Below are positions 10,993-24,234 of a stretch of 64,000 bases of DNA, piece after piece. The notes under the pieces are model-generated. The model saw only the letters and a program-made list of their open reading frames with translations. It had not been told where the DNA came from and searched no databases. A program made the translations under genes and the position numbers. Numbering within the stretch: the first letter of the stretch is position 1; the number at the start of each line of letters is the position of its first letter. Source of the DNA: Sulfolobaceae archaeon (GTDB taxonomy: Archaea; Thermoproteota; Thermoprotei_A; Sulfolobales; Sulfolobaceae). Location: positions 64,001-128,000 of the forward strand of contig JAWARQ010000001.1 in assembly GCA_038893355.1 (NCBI GenBank), given 5' to 3'.

Positions 10993-12170
10993 TATGCAAA
11001 TTTCTCCATTCTCTCTTTAAATACTACTTTCTTAGATATCTTCTTTCTTACTATTTCAATACCCCTTTCTAGGTCTTCTTGAGTTATATAATCTCTATTC
11101 TGTCTTATTGCAATGTATCCTGCCTCCATGCATGAATTCTTTATATCTGCACCTGTAAAACCATCAGTAATCTTAGCTAATTTATTAATATCAATATCAC
11201 CTCTAACATTCATTTTTTTAATGTAAATAGAGAAAATCTCAACTCTTGCCTTCTCATTAGGTAATGGTACTTCAATTATTCTATCAAACCTACCAGGCCT
11301 TAATAATGCAGGATCTAATATATCAATTCTATTTGTAGCTGCTATTATTTTGACCTTATCAAGCGGTTTAAAACCATCTATTTCAGCTAACAGTTGCATA
11401 AGTGTCCTCTGAATTTCTCTCTCACCACTTGTTCCTAAATCTATTCTTCTAGAAGCTATTGCATCAATTTCATCAATAAAGATTATAGAAGGCGCTTTTC
11501 TTCTAGCTAATTCGAATAACTCTCTAACTATTCTTGCACCTTCTCCTACAAACTTTTGCGCTAATTCTGAAGCAACAAGTTGTATAAACGTTGCATTACT
11601 TTCATTAGCTACTGCCTTAGCTAACATTGTCTTTCCAGTCCCTGGAGGACCATAAAGTAAAACACCCTTAGGTGGTTCGATACCTATCTTCTTAAATATC
11701 TCCGGGTTCTTTAACGGCAATTCTACTACTTCTCTTAATTCCCTTATTTGCTCTGATAACCCGCCTATATCACTATAAGTCACATTAGGTTTTTCTATCA
11801 CCTCCATTGATTTAAGCATTGGGTCTTCTCTATTTGGAAGTATGTCAACTATTGTAGAACCTCGTTGATTTAAGGCTACTAGCTTACCTACTTTTAACTC
11901 TTGTAATTTTACATTACTTGCAACATTTACTATTAAATTTGGTCCTGAACTACTCTTTACTACAACTCTACCATCTTGTAAAACATCTAGTACTACTGCT
12001 TCAATCAGAGGAGGACTTAATAATTTTTCTAATTCCGATTTATAATAATTCAGTTCTTTTCTTAAATTTTCTACTTCTAGTTGTAAAGCCTTTACTTTCT
12101 CTTCTAAAATTCTGATAATTTCAATATCATTACTTTCATTTTCTTTATATGTATCAACTTCTCCAAACAA
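10992..12170 (-). CDS. pan: Proteasome-activating nucleotidase (AAA+)
   Basis: N-terminal coiled coil, [14 protein letters not shown] and RPGRFDR. Confidence 0.96.
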   Translation of the reverse strand: MFGEVDTYKENESNDIEIIRILEEKVKALQLEVENLRKELNYYKSELEKLLSPPLIEAVVLDVLQDGRVVVKSSSGPNLIVNVASNVKLQELKVGKLVALNQRGSTIVDILPNREDPMLKSMEVIEKPNVTYSDIGGLSEQIRELREVVELPLKNPEIFKKIGIEPPKGVLLYGPPGTGKTMLAKAVANESNATFIQLVASELAQKFVGEGARIVRELFELARRKAPSIIFIDEIDAIASRRIDLGTSGEREIQRTLMQLLAEIDGFKPLDKVKIIAATNRIDILDPALLRPGRFDRIIEVPLPNEKARVEIFSIYIKKMNVRGDIDINKLAKITDGFTGADIKNSCMEAGYIAIRQNRDYITQEDLERGIEIVRKKISKKVVFKERMEKFA

Positions 12171-12242
12171 TTCTCTTCAGCTAATAAAATTAGATAAATA
12201 AGCTAATAACGTTTAAGGTAGGTAATAATCATAAGTGAGTAA

Positions 12243-12761
12243 ATGCAAAATGTAGTTAGATATTGTGAAATATGTGGTACAGAATTACGTGGAAGTGGAA
12301 TAACAATAAAGTATGAAGGCTCTATAATTACGGTATGTAATTCTTGTTATTCACGAATTAAAAAATATTCTACTATATATAAAGAAAAAAATGAAAAAGT
12401 AAAATCTAATAAAAAGCAGAGTATAGGAAAATCTAATATGGTTCAAGAATTTGAAATAGTAGATGATTATAGTAGAATCATTAAAAACGCAAGAGAGAAA
12501 TTAGGCATGACTCAAAAAGATCTTGCAAATAAATTAAAAACTTCAGAAAATATTATAAAAAGATTTGAAAGTGGTAAACTCAAACCAACAATATCACAAG
12601 CAAGAGAATTAGAGAAAATTCTCGGAGTTAAATTAGTAGTTCCAGTAGAAATCGAAGAAGTTAAAGAAGAGGCTGAAAAATACGAAACAACATTAGGCGA
12701 TATTGTAAGAATAAGGGGGGAAAAAGATGAAGGCAATAGTGGTAAGTCCAGAAAAGTATAG
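12243..12761 (+). CDS. mbf1: Archaeal multiprotein-bridging factor aMBF1
   Basis: CEICG..CNSC Zn ribbon, HTH and TLGD tail. Confidence 0.92.
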   Translation: MQNVVRYCEICGTELRGSGITIKYEGSIITVCNSCYSRIKKYSTIYKEKNEKVKSNKKQSIGKSNMVQEFEIVDDYSRIIKNAREKLGMTQKDLANKLKTSENIIKRFESGKLKPTISQARELEKILGVKLVVPVEIEEVKEEAEKYETTLGDIVRIRGEKDEGNSGKSRKV

Positions 12762-13773
12762 AGAGGAGGCTATAAGCTTAGCTGAGTCAGCGGATTATAA
12801 GGTACTAAAAATAATTAATATTCCTAAAAGAAGGGATCCTAATTTTTATTTAAATAGAAAAATTTTAGATGATTTAAATAAAGAAGAGTTTGATAGTTTA
12901 ATTATATTTGATCTTTTAAAACCAAGACATTTTACAAACTTACAAAAAATTTTCATAAATAAAAAAATTTTAGATAAGGTATTATTGTTATTAGAAGTTT
13001 TTTCATTGCATTCAAGCTCAATTGAGGCTAAATTACAAATTGAATTAGCTAGAGTTAAATATGAATTACCAATTTTAAAGGATATGTATAAGAAAACGAA
13101 AATAGGCGAACAGCAAGGTCCTTTAGGTTCAGGTGCGTATGGTGTAACTTCAATAGTGAGATTATATCAAAATAAAATAAAAAGGATTATTAATGAGTTA
13201 GAAGAAATAAAGAAATCTAGAGAAACTCAAATAATGAAAAATAATCAGATACCTAGCATAGCTATAGTAGGATATACTAATGTTGGTAAAACCTCATTAT
13301 TTAACGCATTAACCGGACTTAAAAGAGCTGTAGATACAAAAATGTTTACCACGACGATACCTAAGAGGTATTCTATCACAGTTAATGGAAAAAAATTAAT
13401 GCTAGTTGACACTGTGGGCTTTATTAGAGGAATACCACCACAAATAATAGAAGCCTTCTTCGTTACTCTCTCTGAAACTAAATATGCTAATGGAATAATA
13501 TTAATGGTCGATATTTCATATCCACAAGATTTATTCATAGAGTCTATAGAGAGTTCATTTAAAATTCTTAGGGATATAGGGGTTTCTGGAAAACCATTAC
13601 TAGTAGTTGCAAATAAAATAGATAAAATAAATGGAAATATAAATTCTAAAATGGAATTTTTGTCAGAAATAATTAAAAAATATTATGAGCCAGTAATAGA
13701 TATAATACCGGTTTCAGTTAAATTTAATATTAATGTAGATAAAGTGAGGGATTCCTTATACTTACTAGTTTAA
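12727..13773 (+). CDS. hflX: GTPase HflX
   Basis: EAKLQIELA, GYTNVGKTS, DTVGFI and NKID. Confidence 0.95.
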   Translation: MKAIVVSPEKYREEAISLAESADYKVLKIINIPKRRDPNFYLNRKILDDLNKEEFDSLIIFDLLKPRHFTNLQKIFINKKILDKVLLLLEVFSLHSSSIEAKLQIELARVKYELPILKDMYKKTKIGEQQGPLGSGAYGVTSIVRLYQNKIKRIINELEEIKKSRETQIMKNNQIPSIAIVGYTNVGKTSLFNALTGLKRAVDTKMFTTTIPKRYSITVNGKKLMLVDTVGFIRGIPPQIIEAFFVTLSETKYANGIILMVDISYPQDLFIESIESSFKILRDIGVSGKPLLVVANKIDKINGNINSKMEFLSEIIKKYYEPVIDIIPVSVKFNINVDKVRDSLYLLV

Positions 13774-14306
13774 AAGAAATATATGTTCTAAGACTATATC
13801 ATAGGCCAGAAAGAGATAAGAGAGTAACCACACACTTAATACTCGTAGCAAGAGCCTTTGGGGCAAAGGGTGTTTTTGTAAATGGAGACATAAGTAGTAT
13901 TTCTAAAAGTATAAAGAAGGTGCTAGAATCTTGGGGTGGACACTCTTATTTTATACTTCAGGAAGTTAAAGATCCAAAGAAGTTTGTTCTTGAATGGAAG
14001 AGTAAAGGTGGAAAAGTAGTTCATCTAACGATGTATGGAATAAATATTATTGATATTAAGAATAAACTACTTCAAGAACAATCACCATTATTAGTAATTG
14101 TTGGTTCAGAAAAAGTAGAAAGATGGTACTACGAGAAAGCTGATTATAACGTTGCAATCGGCAACCAGCCGCATTCAGAAGTTGCAGCATTGGCTATATT
14201 TTTAGATCGAATGTATGAAGGGAAAGAACTAGAGTTTAAATTCTTTGACGCGAAATATATAATTATACCACAAGAAAAGGGCAAGAAGGTGATAAGAGTT
14301 GAATAG
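13758..14306 (+). CDS. trm56: tRNA (cytidine56-2'-O)-methyltransferase (start probably non-canonical ATA)
   Basis: The conserved [19 protein letters not shown]-terminus lies in frame upstream of the tracked GTG (13920). HLTMYG and [11 protein letters not shown] motifs are present. Confidence 0.9.
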   Translation: MLTSLKEIYVLRLYHRPERDKRVTTHLILVARAFGAKGVFVNGDISSISKSIKKVLESWGGHSYFILQEVKDPKKFVLEWKSKGGKVVHLTMYGINIIDIKNKLLQEQSPLLVIVGSEKVERWYYEKADYNVAIGNQPHSEVAALAIFLDRMYEGKELEFKFFDAKYIIIPQEKGKKVIRVE

Positions 14307-14835
14307 TACTGAAGAACTCTTTTTAAAAATTGCAAAAGAATTATTAGGTGATGAGGTTTTAGATGTATTGCAATTTATAGTTTCAAAAGGTTATGAAATA
14401 ACAGATGAAGATATTGCAAAAGAATTAAATGTTAAAGTAAATGAAATTAGGAAAAAGTTATATTTACTAGCGGAACAAGGATTTGTAAGTTATAGGAAAG
14501 TAAGAGATAAAGACACTGGCTGGTATATATACTATTGGAAACCTAATATTGAAAATCTAAATGAAATTTTACTTAATAGGAAAAGAGCTGTCCTTGAAAA
14601 ATTAAAAGCAAGGCTTGAGTATGAAAAAGGTGGTCCATATTATATTTGCCCACAAGATACTACAAGATTTACCCTTGAAGAAGCTTTAGACAATGGATTT
14701 AAATGTCCAAAATGTGGATCACCGTTACAAGAATATGATTCTCAAAAAGTAATTAAATTTTTAGAAGAAAAAATTAAAAAACTGTCTGAAGAAATAGAAA
14801 AGGAGACAATAAGTGAAAAGGCCCGTAGTAGTTGA
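14299..14835 (+). CDS. tfe: Transcription factor E alpha
   Basis: wHTH with RKKLYLL..GWYIYYW and a CPQD..CPKC Zn ribbon. Confidence 0.93.
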   Translation: MNSTEELFLKIAKELLGDEVLDVLQFIVSKGYEITDEDIAKELNVKVNEIRKKLYLLAEQGFVSYRKVRDKDTGWYIYYWKPNIENLNEILLNRKRAVLEKLKARLEYEKGGPYYICPQDTTRFTLEEALDNGFKCPKCGSPLQEYDSQKVIKFLEEKIKKLSEEIEKETISEKARSS

Positions 14836-15787
14836 TTTATTTGCTGGCGCTGGAGGTTTTTCTCTAGGTTTCAAACTTGAATCGTATGAAGTAGCAGTAG
14901 CAGTAGATATAGATAGTGCAGCAGTAAGAACATACTCAGTAAACTTTCCTACTACAATTGTTCTTCAAGAAGATATAAAGTATCTTTCCTCGTCTGATAT
15001 AATGGAAGTACTTAAAAATAGAACGCCAGATGTTGTAATTGGTAGCCCACCATGCGAACCGTTTACTGGAGCAAATCCTAATAGATTTGAAAACGAAATT
15101 GACAGACTATATCTAGATCCAAAGGGTAATTTGACATTAGAATTTATAAGATTAGTAGGTGAATTGAAACCAAAAGTATTCGTGATGGAAAACGTACCGT
15201 CATTAGTCAGTTCAAAAAATTTAAGAAATGCCTTAATTACAGAATTTAGAAAAATTGGATACGATAAAATATACTTTAATATACTAAGAGCAGAAAATTT
15301 CGGTAATCCTTCAAGGAGAACACGTGTTTTTATATCAAATATAAAATTAGATTTAAATGAATTTAAAGTTAAAAAAATTAAGAAAGTATGGGATGTTTTA
15401 TATGACTTAGAATTTAAATTTGATTTACCAAATCATAATATATCTGAAATAAATGAAAGAAAACTTAATAAAATTTCTAAATTGAAATATGGTGATTATT
15501 TAACAATGTATAAAGGTAGCTCTGGTAGAAATATTCCACTATATATTCGTCTTGATCCAAATGATATTGCACCAACTGTTATGGGAAACTCTAGATTTAT
15601 TCATCCTTTTCATGATAGATTTTTAACAGTTAGAGAGCAAGCAAGACTAATGAGTTTTCCTGATACGCATATATTCTTAGGGAGTAAAGATGAACAGTAT
15701 AATCAAGTAGGAGAAGCAGTACCGGTAGTTTTATCACGTGTCATAGCTAAGAAAATCAAGGGTATCTTGCTTGGAAATTCTAGTTAA
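14813..15787 (+). CDS. C5-cytosine methyltransferase (orphan)
   Basis: Motifs [43 protein letters not shown] and X GEAVP. Confidence 0.9.
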   Translation: MKRPVVVDLFAGAGGFSLGFKLESYEVAVAVDIDSAAVRTYSVNFPTTIVLQEDIKYLSSSDIMEVLKNRTPDVVIGSPPCEPFTGANPNRFENEIDRLYLDPKGNLTLEFIRLVGELKPKVFVMENVPSLVSSKNLRNALITEFRKIGYDKIYFNILRAENFGNPSRRTRVFISNIKLDLNEFKVKKIKKVWDVLYDLEFKFDLPNHNISEINERKLNKISKLKYGDYLTMYKGSSGRNIPLYIRLDPNDIAPTVMGNSRFIHPFHDRFLTVREQARLMSFPDTHIFLGSKDEQYNQVGEAVPVVLSRVIAKKIKGILLGNSS

Positions 15788-16226
15788 TATTCATAACATT
15801 ACTAGTGCGCAAAGAGTTATTGAAATTTCTAAGTTAGCCCTATCTCATAAAACTGTAAAAAATCTAGTATTAACAAAGGTTGGAGGAACAGCTGCACAGT
15901 CAGGAATTCCTGAAGTATTTAGATTTGCATATAAACTTGGAAAAAGTATAATGGTTTTACCAGATTTAAAAGATACTATAGAACTACTGAAACCTGATAA
16001 GGTAATCTTAATAAGTTCTAAAAGTAATCAAGTACTTACAAGAGAAGAGATTAAAAAATATGAAAAAGATAATAAAAAAATATTAATAGTAATCCCAGGT
16101 AATGAAGCCGGGTTTACAAAAATCGAGGAAAGTTTAGGTGAAATTTACAGAATTGAAAGTGAAATTAACGTGGAAGTTAGTCCTATTGCCATATTAGGAA
16201 TAATACTTTATTGTATCTTATCATAA
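15771..16226 (+). CDS. Conserved archaeal SPOUT-like protein (COG4080-type, often labelled RecB-family nuclease)
   Basis: [24 protein letters not shown] and G..GFTKIE motifs. Confidence 0.65.
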   Translation: MEILVNIHNITSAQRVIEISKLALSHKTVKNLVLTKVGGTAAQSGIPEVFRFAYKLGKSIMVLPDLKDTIELLKPDKVILISSKSNQVLTREEIKKYEKDNKKILIVIPGNEAGFTKIEESLGEIYRIESEINVEVSPIAILGIILYCILS

Positions 16227-16614
16227 TAAATATTTTTATATAGATTTAAATATATTTAACGAAAATAATTATAGTTAGCAAATATAATTACGTAAAAGAA
16301 ATAGTTGAGGTCCACATTAAGTTTATTAGAAGAAGGACATGAATATCCGTTTATTCCTAAATCCTCATTTTAGAAATTTTATATTCATTCATGATCAAAT
16401 TATAGGAACATAATCTTTAATCATATGGATCATTTCCTTAAATATTGGCCATAGAACTCCTTAGATAAACGACATTTAGACTAGAACTTTTTAGCCTTCA
16501 ACCCATTCTTTTAGGCATAACCTACATTGAGTTGAAAGCTCTCTATTTATTAAACAATTTTTAGTAATAAAACAATATTAAAAAATTTCTGTTAAGTTAA
16601 TGAAAAGATTAAGC

Positions 16615-16693
<79 letters not shown>

Positions 16694-17054
16694 AATTTAT
16701 TGTAAGTTATGAATGTTTATATAGTTATTTATCTTGGGCCAGGACGTAATATTGCTAATCTTGCCCTATCCTATTACAATAAACATGATGAAACTAGTAA
16801 AGGATAATGTGCATGAATACTTTAATAATTATAAACTATAAATATGATTCCTTATATAATTTGAATTATTTTTATTTATTAATTTTAGTATATATAATAA
16901 AAAGAATATTTACGTAATAAATTTTTAGTATCTTATACTAATACATCCTAGATATCAATAGAATTTACACTTTTGCACTGCCTTATATAGATTAGGTAAT
17001 GATAGATAACTTTTTATATAACCACTTCTAATGTGGTTTCGAAGGTGTTATAAT

Positions 17055-18719
<1,665 letters not shown>

Positions 18720-18720
18720 A

Positions 18721-20313
18721 TTAATCAAATTTTTTAATTTTTATAACTATAGGTATTTTTAAATTTGGCGCATCAAGTATTGCCTCTCCTATTTCCAATT
18801 TATCAAGATTTTTATAAAGTTTTTCATCTAATCCTAGAGAATCCCTTATAACTTTCTTATCAATATCTGATTTTATAGAATGTACTATTCTTATACTAGT
18901 ATTTTTAAGTATGCTCGCAGAGATTGAAGAAGGTGACTGTGATATTATTACAAATCCTATTCGATACTTTCTAATCTCTGCTAATAATCTTGTCAAAAAG
19001 CTTTCATCATCTTTAAAATAGTTGTGAGCCTCTTCTATAACTATAATAAGTTGATTTTCTCTTTTCTTTCGAATATAAATTTCTGTAATTAATCTTATTA
19101 AAAAAAGGCTATATATTAATTTTAATTTTAAATTTCTTATCCAACTTAAATCTATTATTATGTTATTATTTATATTTTCAATTAAATTATCAAAATTTTG
19201 AGTACTATCAAATAATTTATTGGCATAAGAACTAAATATTGGTGAGAGTTTTCTCAAGAGTGCAAATTTAGTCTCCCTCATCCAGTATGAGTGATCCTCA
19301 GATTCTAGTAAGGTTGTAACTAGATTCGAAGAATCAAACTTACCTAATCTTTTCATCTTATATAACGTAATACTAAGTAAAAATCTCTGTGGATCAGAGA
19401 GTTGTAGCACATCACCTAATATATCTATCACATCATCTACGTCTATGTTAACAAGGTCTAGAGGATTAATTCTTAAAGGACTATTTGAATTATATACCCT
19501 AAATCCCTTGTTAACTAGATCTAAGTATTCACCATGCCAATCCAATACTAGAATATTAGCACCCATTTTCTTAACTTCATTGATTAATACTTTTGCTGTA
19601 TTACTCTTTCCACTGCCTGTAGTCCCAAAAATACTTACATGCCTAAACAAATCCTCAAATTTTATACCAACTACTGTATTTTGTTGATAACCAATAGGAA
19701 TATCAAATTCCGTAACTACCCTAAATTGTATGGAAGGAGAGTCGTATATCGCATCTTTAATTATCACGTAAGGAAAATTTCCAAATGTAACGGGTTTAGG
19801 TATAAACTTAACATCTGAAACCTTAATGGGAGTTAGTGATATATGTGGGGCTATAACTTCAGCTAAATTTATAATTTCTAAAGCTTCTCTCTCTAGTGTT
19901 TCTTTATTATTAGAAATTATCAGTAGCGTAGATCCAGCTTTCCTTTTAATCTGAGTAAGAATGTATAGTTCTATATTAGACTCCTTTTTAGACAGCATGT
20001 TTATTAAATTCTCTAGTTCTCCTAAATAGCTCCCAACTATCTTACCCTGGTCTAGAGAGTTTTCTACTTTCATGAGCATCTTAAGCGCTATACCATAGTA
20101 TACATCATTTCCCTCTGTATATTCAAATATATTTTTATTTATATTTATTTTATTTATAATCTTTTTTATTCTATATAATCTATTAAATAATAAAATTATA
20201 AATAAAATAAATATTGGAATTACAAAAAGGAAAATAAAGGAAAAGCTTCTAAACATTAATAGGGTTACGCCTAAAAGTATTAGGAAAATAGGCAAAATAT
20301 ATCTACTCTTCAC
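18721..20313 (-). CDS. Membrane-anchored HerA/VirB4-like ATPase
   Basis: Two N-terminal TM helices, RHVSIFGTTGSGKS, LDWHGEY, IEEAH, EIRKY and SQSP. Confidence 0.85.
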   Translation of the reverse strand: MKSRYILPIFLILLGVTLLMFRSFSFIFLFVIPIFILFIILLFNRLYRIKKIINKININKNIFEYTEGNDVYYGIALKMLMKVENSLDQGKIVGSYLGELENLINMLSKKESNIELYILTQIKRKAGSTLLIISNNKETLEREALEIINLAEVIAPHISLTPIKVSDVKFIPKPVTFGNFPYVIIKDAIYDSPSIQFRVVTEFDIPIGYQQNTVVGIKFEDLFRHVSIFGTTGSGKSNTAKVLINEVKKMGANILVLDWHGEYLDLVNKGFRVYNSNSPLRINPLDLVNIDVDDVIDILGDVLQLSDPQRFLLSITLYKMKRLGKFDSSNLVTTLLESEDHSYWMRETKFALLRKLSPIFSSYANKLFDSTQNFDNLIENINNNIIIDLSWIRNLKLKLIYSLFLIRLITEIYIRKKRENQLIIVIEEAHNYFKDDESFLTRLLAEIRKYRIGFVIISQSPSSISASILKNTSIRIVHSIKSDIDKKVIRDSLGLDEKLYKNLDKLEIGEAILDAPNLKIPIVIKIKKFD

Positions 20314-20344
20314 GTAATAGTTAATCCTAATAAGACAGTCTCAG

Positions 20345-20722
20345 CTAAATGAAAGTTACGGCATTTTTTGTAAGTATTAATCTTTCTTCCCTACTTAACT
20401 TGTTAATAATCTCAAATTTTTCTTCACCCTCTTTACAACAATTTATTATATATGCCGGGCTTCCTTCTTTTGCACCTAATTTCTTAATAGCTTCATTTAA
20501 TTGAGATTCACCAGAAATTAAAAGTAAAAAAAGAAGTGTTGGATTATTTATTTTAGTATTTTTATTATTTGATATTATTTTAAAAAATAAATAACAAGCT
20601 TGCCTTACTACTGCATCACTCGGGAGTTTATTTATAATCTGCGTGACGCACTCGTTAGAATACTTAATTAGCGATAAATATTCTTTTTTAAACTCACTAA
20701 TTTCCTTAATTTCTATTCTCAT
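20345..20722 (-). CDS. KEOPS subunit Cgi121-like protein
   Basis: LFLLLISGESQLNEAIKKLG motif and synteny with urm1/rps17e. Confidence 0.65.
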   Translation of the reverse strand: MRIEIKEISEFKKEYLSLIKYSNECVTQIINKLPSDAVVRQACYLFFKIISNNKNTKINNPTLLFLLLISGESQLNEAIKKLGAKEGSPAYIINCCKEGEEKFEIINKLSREERLILTKNAVTFI

Positions 20723-20977
20723 CTACCCACCATGATTTATTGAAATTATTTCTACTATATCATCCTCTTTTAATTCTAATTCATTTAATCCAAAAAGTCT
20801 CCAATCTTTTCCATTTATAAACACTAAAAAATCTGGTCTTAATTTATTATCTTTAAAGATATAATCATAAACTTTTACTAATTTAAATAAATCATATAAA
20901 GAAATTTTCATATTAATTTCTACTTCTTTCTTTCCTATAGCTATAGATAGCGGTCCTCTTATTACTAATTTAGGCAT
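20723..20977 (-). CDS. Ubiquitin-like MoaD/ThiS (Urm1/SAMP) protein
   Basis: Beta-grasp pattern LVFINGKDW and C-terminal HGG. Confidence 0.88.
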   Translation of the reverse strand: MPKLVIRGPLSIAIGKKEVEINMKISLYDLFKLVKVYDYIFKDNKLRPDFLVFINGKDWRLFGLNELELKEDDIVEIISINHGG

Positions 20978-21188
20978 TTTCTTCCTTCTTCTCTTCTAAT
21001 CTTTTAACTCTTTTTGCATAACGTGTTAGATATCCTGCAATTCTATTCCTAATTTTCTTTGAGCTTACTTCAACATATTTTGATACTAGTTCTTTATTTT
21101 TTTGAAAATCTAGAGTTACTTCGTCCTTAAACTTCTCATATAATTCTTCTGCTATCCTCTTTATATCCCTAGTATAAACGGTACCCAT
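20970..21188 (-). CDS. rps17e: 30S ribosomal protein S17e
   Basis: [26 protein letters not shown]. Confidence 0.96.
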   Translation of the reverse strand: MGTVYTRDIKRIAEELYEKFKDEVTLDFQKNKELVSKYVEVSSKKIRNRIAGYLTRYAKRVKRLEEKKEENA

Positions 21189-21190
21189 TA

Positions 21191-22348
21191 TTACTCCACA
21201 CTCTTAGACTCCTGCTTATGAGTATATATACTCTGTTTTGCCTTAGGTATCTCTGTTTCCTTAACAAATCTATTCTTTAACTTTTCTATTACTACTGGTA
21301 GGGTTGTATATTCCATTTCCGTAGGTTCTAGTCTATGAGGCATAAATGGACCGTGCCTCCTTAAGTAATCGGTAATAATAGCAGCAATTCTTCTGGACTC
21401 ATCAAATATTGGATCATCAAATAGATCTGTAGGACCTATAAGCTTGCCTTCTTTAACATTAAAGCCTAATGCTATTAGTCTCGGTGGTCCATCAAATCTA
21501 GTAGCCCTTGCATCTCTTTGAGAAACTGGCATAAGAGGGCCATAATGACTACCTCTCATCCAACCTGCAACTAAATGTGGAAAAGAAAACGCTTCAAGAA
21601 CTTCTCCTAATGCAGGTAAGCCATGTTGAACTCTAACAATAGCTACCGGATCATCTTTCCCTACATATCTTCCTGCTATTAAGTTTAATCTCTCAACTGA
21701 CACTACAGCAGCAAGTAAATTATCATGTTTTCTATAGATCCTTCTTATAATATATCTACTAGGAGTTCCTATTAGCGCTAATATATCATAAATTTCTTCT
21801 GGTGCTGATAAAGTTACAGATTGACCTTCATATACATCTAAGACTTCAAATTTAAATCCTTCATGCATTGTTGGATCGATTACTAATCCTGCAGTATTAA
21901 ATGGGTCAGCAAAAATTCTATATAACGGTAGGTTAAATGCACCAGGTTCCGTTTTATCAGCCATGAATATAACTATTGGCTCAGAAGGTCTCTCTTCAAT
22001 ATCAAGCTCTGCTACGCCAGGACCTAATCCTCTCACATTTCCAGAAAAAGAGTCACTAAGTAAGTCTTGCCCAGCAGCATATAATCCTAACTCTTTTGCA
22101 ACTCTAGCTGCCTCTTTGAATGCATTCCACGCAACTTCATGTACTGCTGGATTATTTTCACCTTTATTATGAGTCATTATTAATTCTAAATCATCACCTA
22201 CATGAGTAATGAAATAATCAATAATAATATTATTTCTTCTTGCCTCTGCTAATACTTTATTTGCAGCAGCCATTGTATCAGGGTGAACAGTATGATGTCC
22301 CGCTAGGCTGCCAATATCAGCCTTAATTACACTTATAGTAGTTCTCAT
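21191..22348 (-). CDS. fbp: Fructose-1,6-bisphosphate aldolase/phosphatase
   Basis: KADIGS..GH, GQDLL, GKDDP, GWMRGSH and MEYTTL. Confidence 0.96.
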   Translation of the reverse strand: MRTTISVIKADIGSLAGHHTVHPDTMAAANKVLAEARRNNIIIDYFITHVGDDLELIMTHNKGENNPAVHEVAWNAFKEAARVAKELGLYAAGQDLLSDSFSGNVRGLGPGVAELDIEERPSEPIVIFMADKTEPGAFNLPLYRIFADPFNTAGLVIDPTMHEGFKFEVLDVYEGQSVTLSAPEEIYDILALIGTPSRYIIRRIYRKHDNLLAAVVSVERLNLIAGRYVGKDDPVAIVRVQHGLPALGEVLEAFSFPHLVAGWMRGSHYGPLMPVSQRDARATRFDGPPRLIALGFNVKEGKLIGPTDLFDDPIFDESRRIAAIITDYLRRHGPFMPHRLEPTEMEYTTLPVVIEKLKNRFVKETEIPKAKQSIYTHKQESKSVE

Positions 22349-22384
22349 AAGCTCTATTATAAAAGTTAAAAATTAAAACTCTAA

Positions 22385-24187
22385 CTACTCTCTAGCATAC
22401 TCTAATGAGTAGTATTCTCCTTTCTCCTTTTGAAGTCTATCCAAATAACTTCCCTCTTTATTAATTCTTGGCCTACCTGTTTCAATATCTCTTCTAAAAG
22501 TTATTTGAACTTCTTTGAGAAATCTATTCATACCTTCTTTTACAGACATTATTTTTGAACCTATACCATAAATAGCAGGAACTCCAGTAAATACCATTAA
22601 TTTATCTGCAATATAATTATGTATTGCAAGATCATGTTCTACTACTATACATATAACGTTTCTCTCTCTCGTCACCCTTTTTATCGCCTTAGCTACAATA
22701 TATCTCTCCTCCACATCCAAGTATGATGATGGTTCGTCAAATAAGTAAATATCAGCATCCCTTGCTAAAGCAGCAGCAATAGTAACCTTCTGCAACTCAC
22801 CACCACTCAGTTCTTTAACATTAGCTTCAAGAAGTCTATGAATCCCTAGCCTTCTTATTACTTCCTCAAAAAACCAAGAAGAGGTAGAAAGTGCGTCTTT
22901 ACTTACTTCTTCTAAAAATTTCTGAACAGTTCCATCATAATTTGGTTCAATTTTTTGTGGCTTATAAGCTAATCTTAGTGGTTGAGGATATATATAGCCC
23001 TCATCAGGCTCTAATTCTCCTGCCAAAATTCTTATAAAAGTAGTTTTGCCTATTCCATTTCTGCCTAGTATACCAATTACCTCACCGCCTTTGGCCTCAC
23101 CTTCTTCTACTTCGAGTTCAAAAGAATCTAATTTTTTCTTTATTTTAGACCATTTTAATAATAATTTATTATTATTATTTATATCAAATTCACTAAAATC
23201 TCTAATTACAAATTTTATTTCATCTTCTCTAATCTTCATATTCTCTGCTGGTAAGAATCCCCTTAGAAAATTATTTATACCACTTCTTGCTGCGTAGGTT
23301 TTTGAAACTTTTCCATAAACTCCTGACTCTCCATAAATAATATTAACATAGTCCACTAAGTAATCTAAGATAACTAGATCATGTTCTACTATGAGAGTAT
23401 ATTTACCTTTAGTGAATTCCTTTATAGTCTTTGCCATATTCAATCTTTCCCTAATATCTAAGTATGATGATGGTTCGTCAAATAAGTAAATATCAGCATC
23501 CCTTGCTAAAGCAGCAGCAATAGTAACCTTCTGCAACTCACCACCACTTAAAGTCCTTATTTCCTTATTCCAAAAATTCTCCATATTCAATGTGACTTTA
23601 ATATCCTTTATTATTCCCCTCTCATCTATTCTAGAAAGAACCGATGAAACTTCACCTTTTAAATACCTTGTTAATGCTTCAACGTACTGTATCTTATGAA
23701 CTACTCTTAATTTTTTAGAATATAATTGCGAGAAATAATTATAAATCTCTCGACCTTTAAATCTTCTTAGAACCTCATCAATCGATGGTTTATATGAAGG
23801 GTCTCCGAAGTTTGGTATTAATTCACCAGAAATTATTTTTAAAATAGTAGTTTTTCCTGTTCCGTTTTTACCAATTATACCAATGATACTTCCGCTTTTG
23901 GGTACCGGTAATCCAAATAACTCAAATCCGTTTATCCTATATCTATGTATTATTTCACCGGAATATTGATCTGGTAAATTAACTATTGAAATTGCTTGAA
24001 ATGGGCACTTCTTAACGCAAATACCGCAGCCAATACAAGTCTCCTCATATATTATTGGCTTCCCTTTAACAATCTCAGAAAGTTCAATAGCTTTAGAACC
24101 GGATCTATTTATTGGGCAAAAATTAATACATTCAATATTACACTTCTGAGGTTTACAAAAGTCATAATTTATAACAGCAACTCTCAA
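22385..24187 (-). CDS. Ribosome recycling factor ABCE1/RLI
   Basis: Two-[4Fe-4S] N-terminal domain (CIGCGICVKKCP) followed by two ABC NBDs. Confidence 0.96.
   Translation of the reverse strand: MRVAVINYDFCKPQKCNIECINFCPINRSGSKAIELSEIVKGKPIIYEETCIGCGICVKKCPFQAISIVNLPDQYSGEIIHRYRINGFELFGLPVPKSGSIIGIIGKNGTGKTTILKIISGELIPNFGDPSYKPSIDEVLRRFKGREIYNYFSQLYSKKLRVVHKIQYVEALTRYLKGEVSSVLSRIDERGIIKDIKVTLNMENFWNKEIRTLSGGELQKVTIAAALARDADIYLFDEPSSYLDIRERLNMAKTIKEFTKGKYTLIVEHDLVILDYLVDYVNIIYGESGVYGKVSKTYAARSGINNFLRGFLPAENMKIREDEIKFVIRDFSEFDINNNNKLLLKWSKIKKKLDSFELEVEEGEAKGGEVIGILGRNGIGKTTFIRILAGELEPDEGYIYPQPLRLAYKPQKIEPNYDGTVQKFLEEVSKDALSTSSWFFEEVIRRLGIHRLLEANVKELSGGELQKVTIAAALARDADIYLFDEPSSYLDVEERYIVAKAIKRVTRERNVICIVVEHDLAIHNYIADKLMVFTGVPAIYGIGSKIMSVKEGMNRFLKEVQITFRRDIETGRPRINKEGSYLDRLQKEKGEYYSLEYARE
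22719..23548. repeat. 89-bp perfect intragenic direct repeat (22719-22807 and 23460-23548)
   Basis: Base-by-base identical, offset 741 bp. Both copies lie within the coding sequence for LSGGELQKVTIAAALARDADIYLFDEPSSYLD. Confidence 0.95.
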
Positions 24188-24234
24188 AGAATTTCCCTTT
24201 TATATAATTACTAAAAAGCGGATTAAAAATTGGT

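Noticed and set aside
12639-12651. ORB-like GTTCCAGTAGAAA
   Set aside because: Single copy inside mbf1, with no G-string and no orc1 nearby.
16785-16830. ATGATGA C-box-like motif
   Set aside because: No downstream CTGA D/D' boxes.
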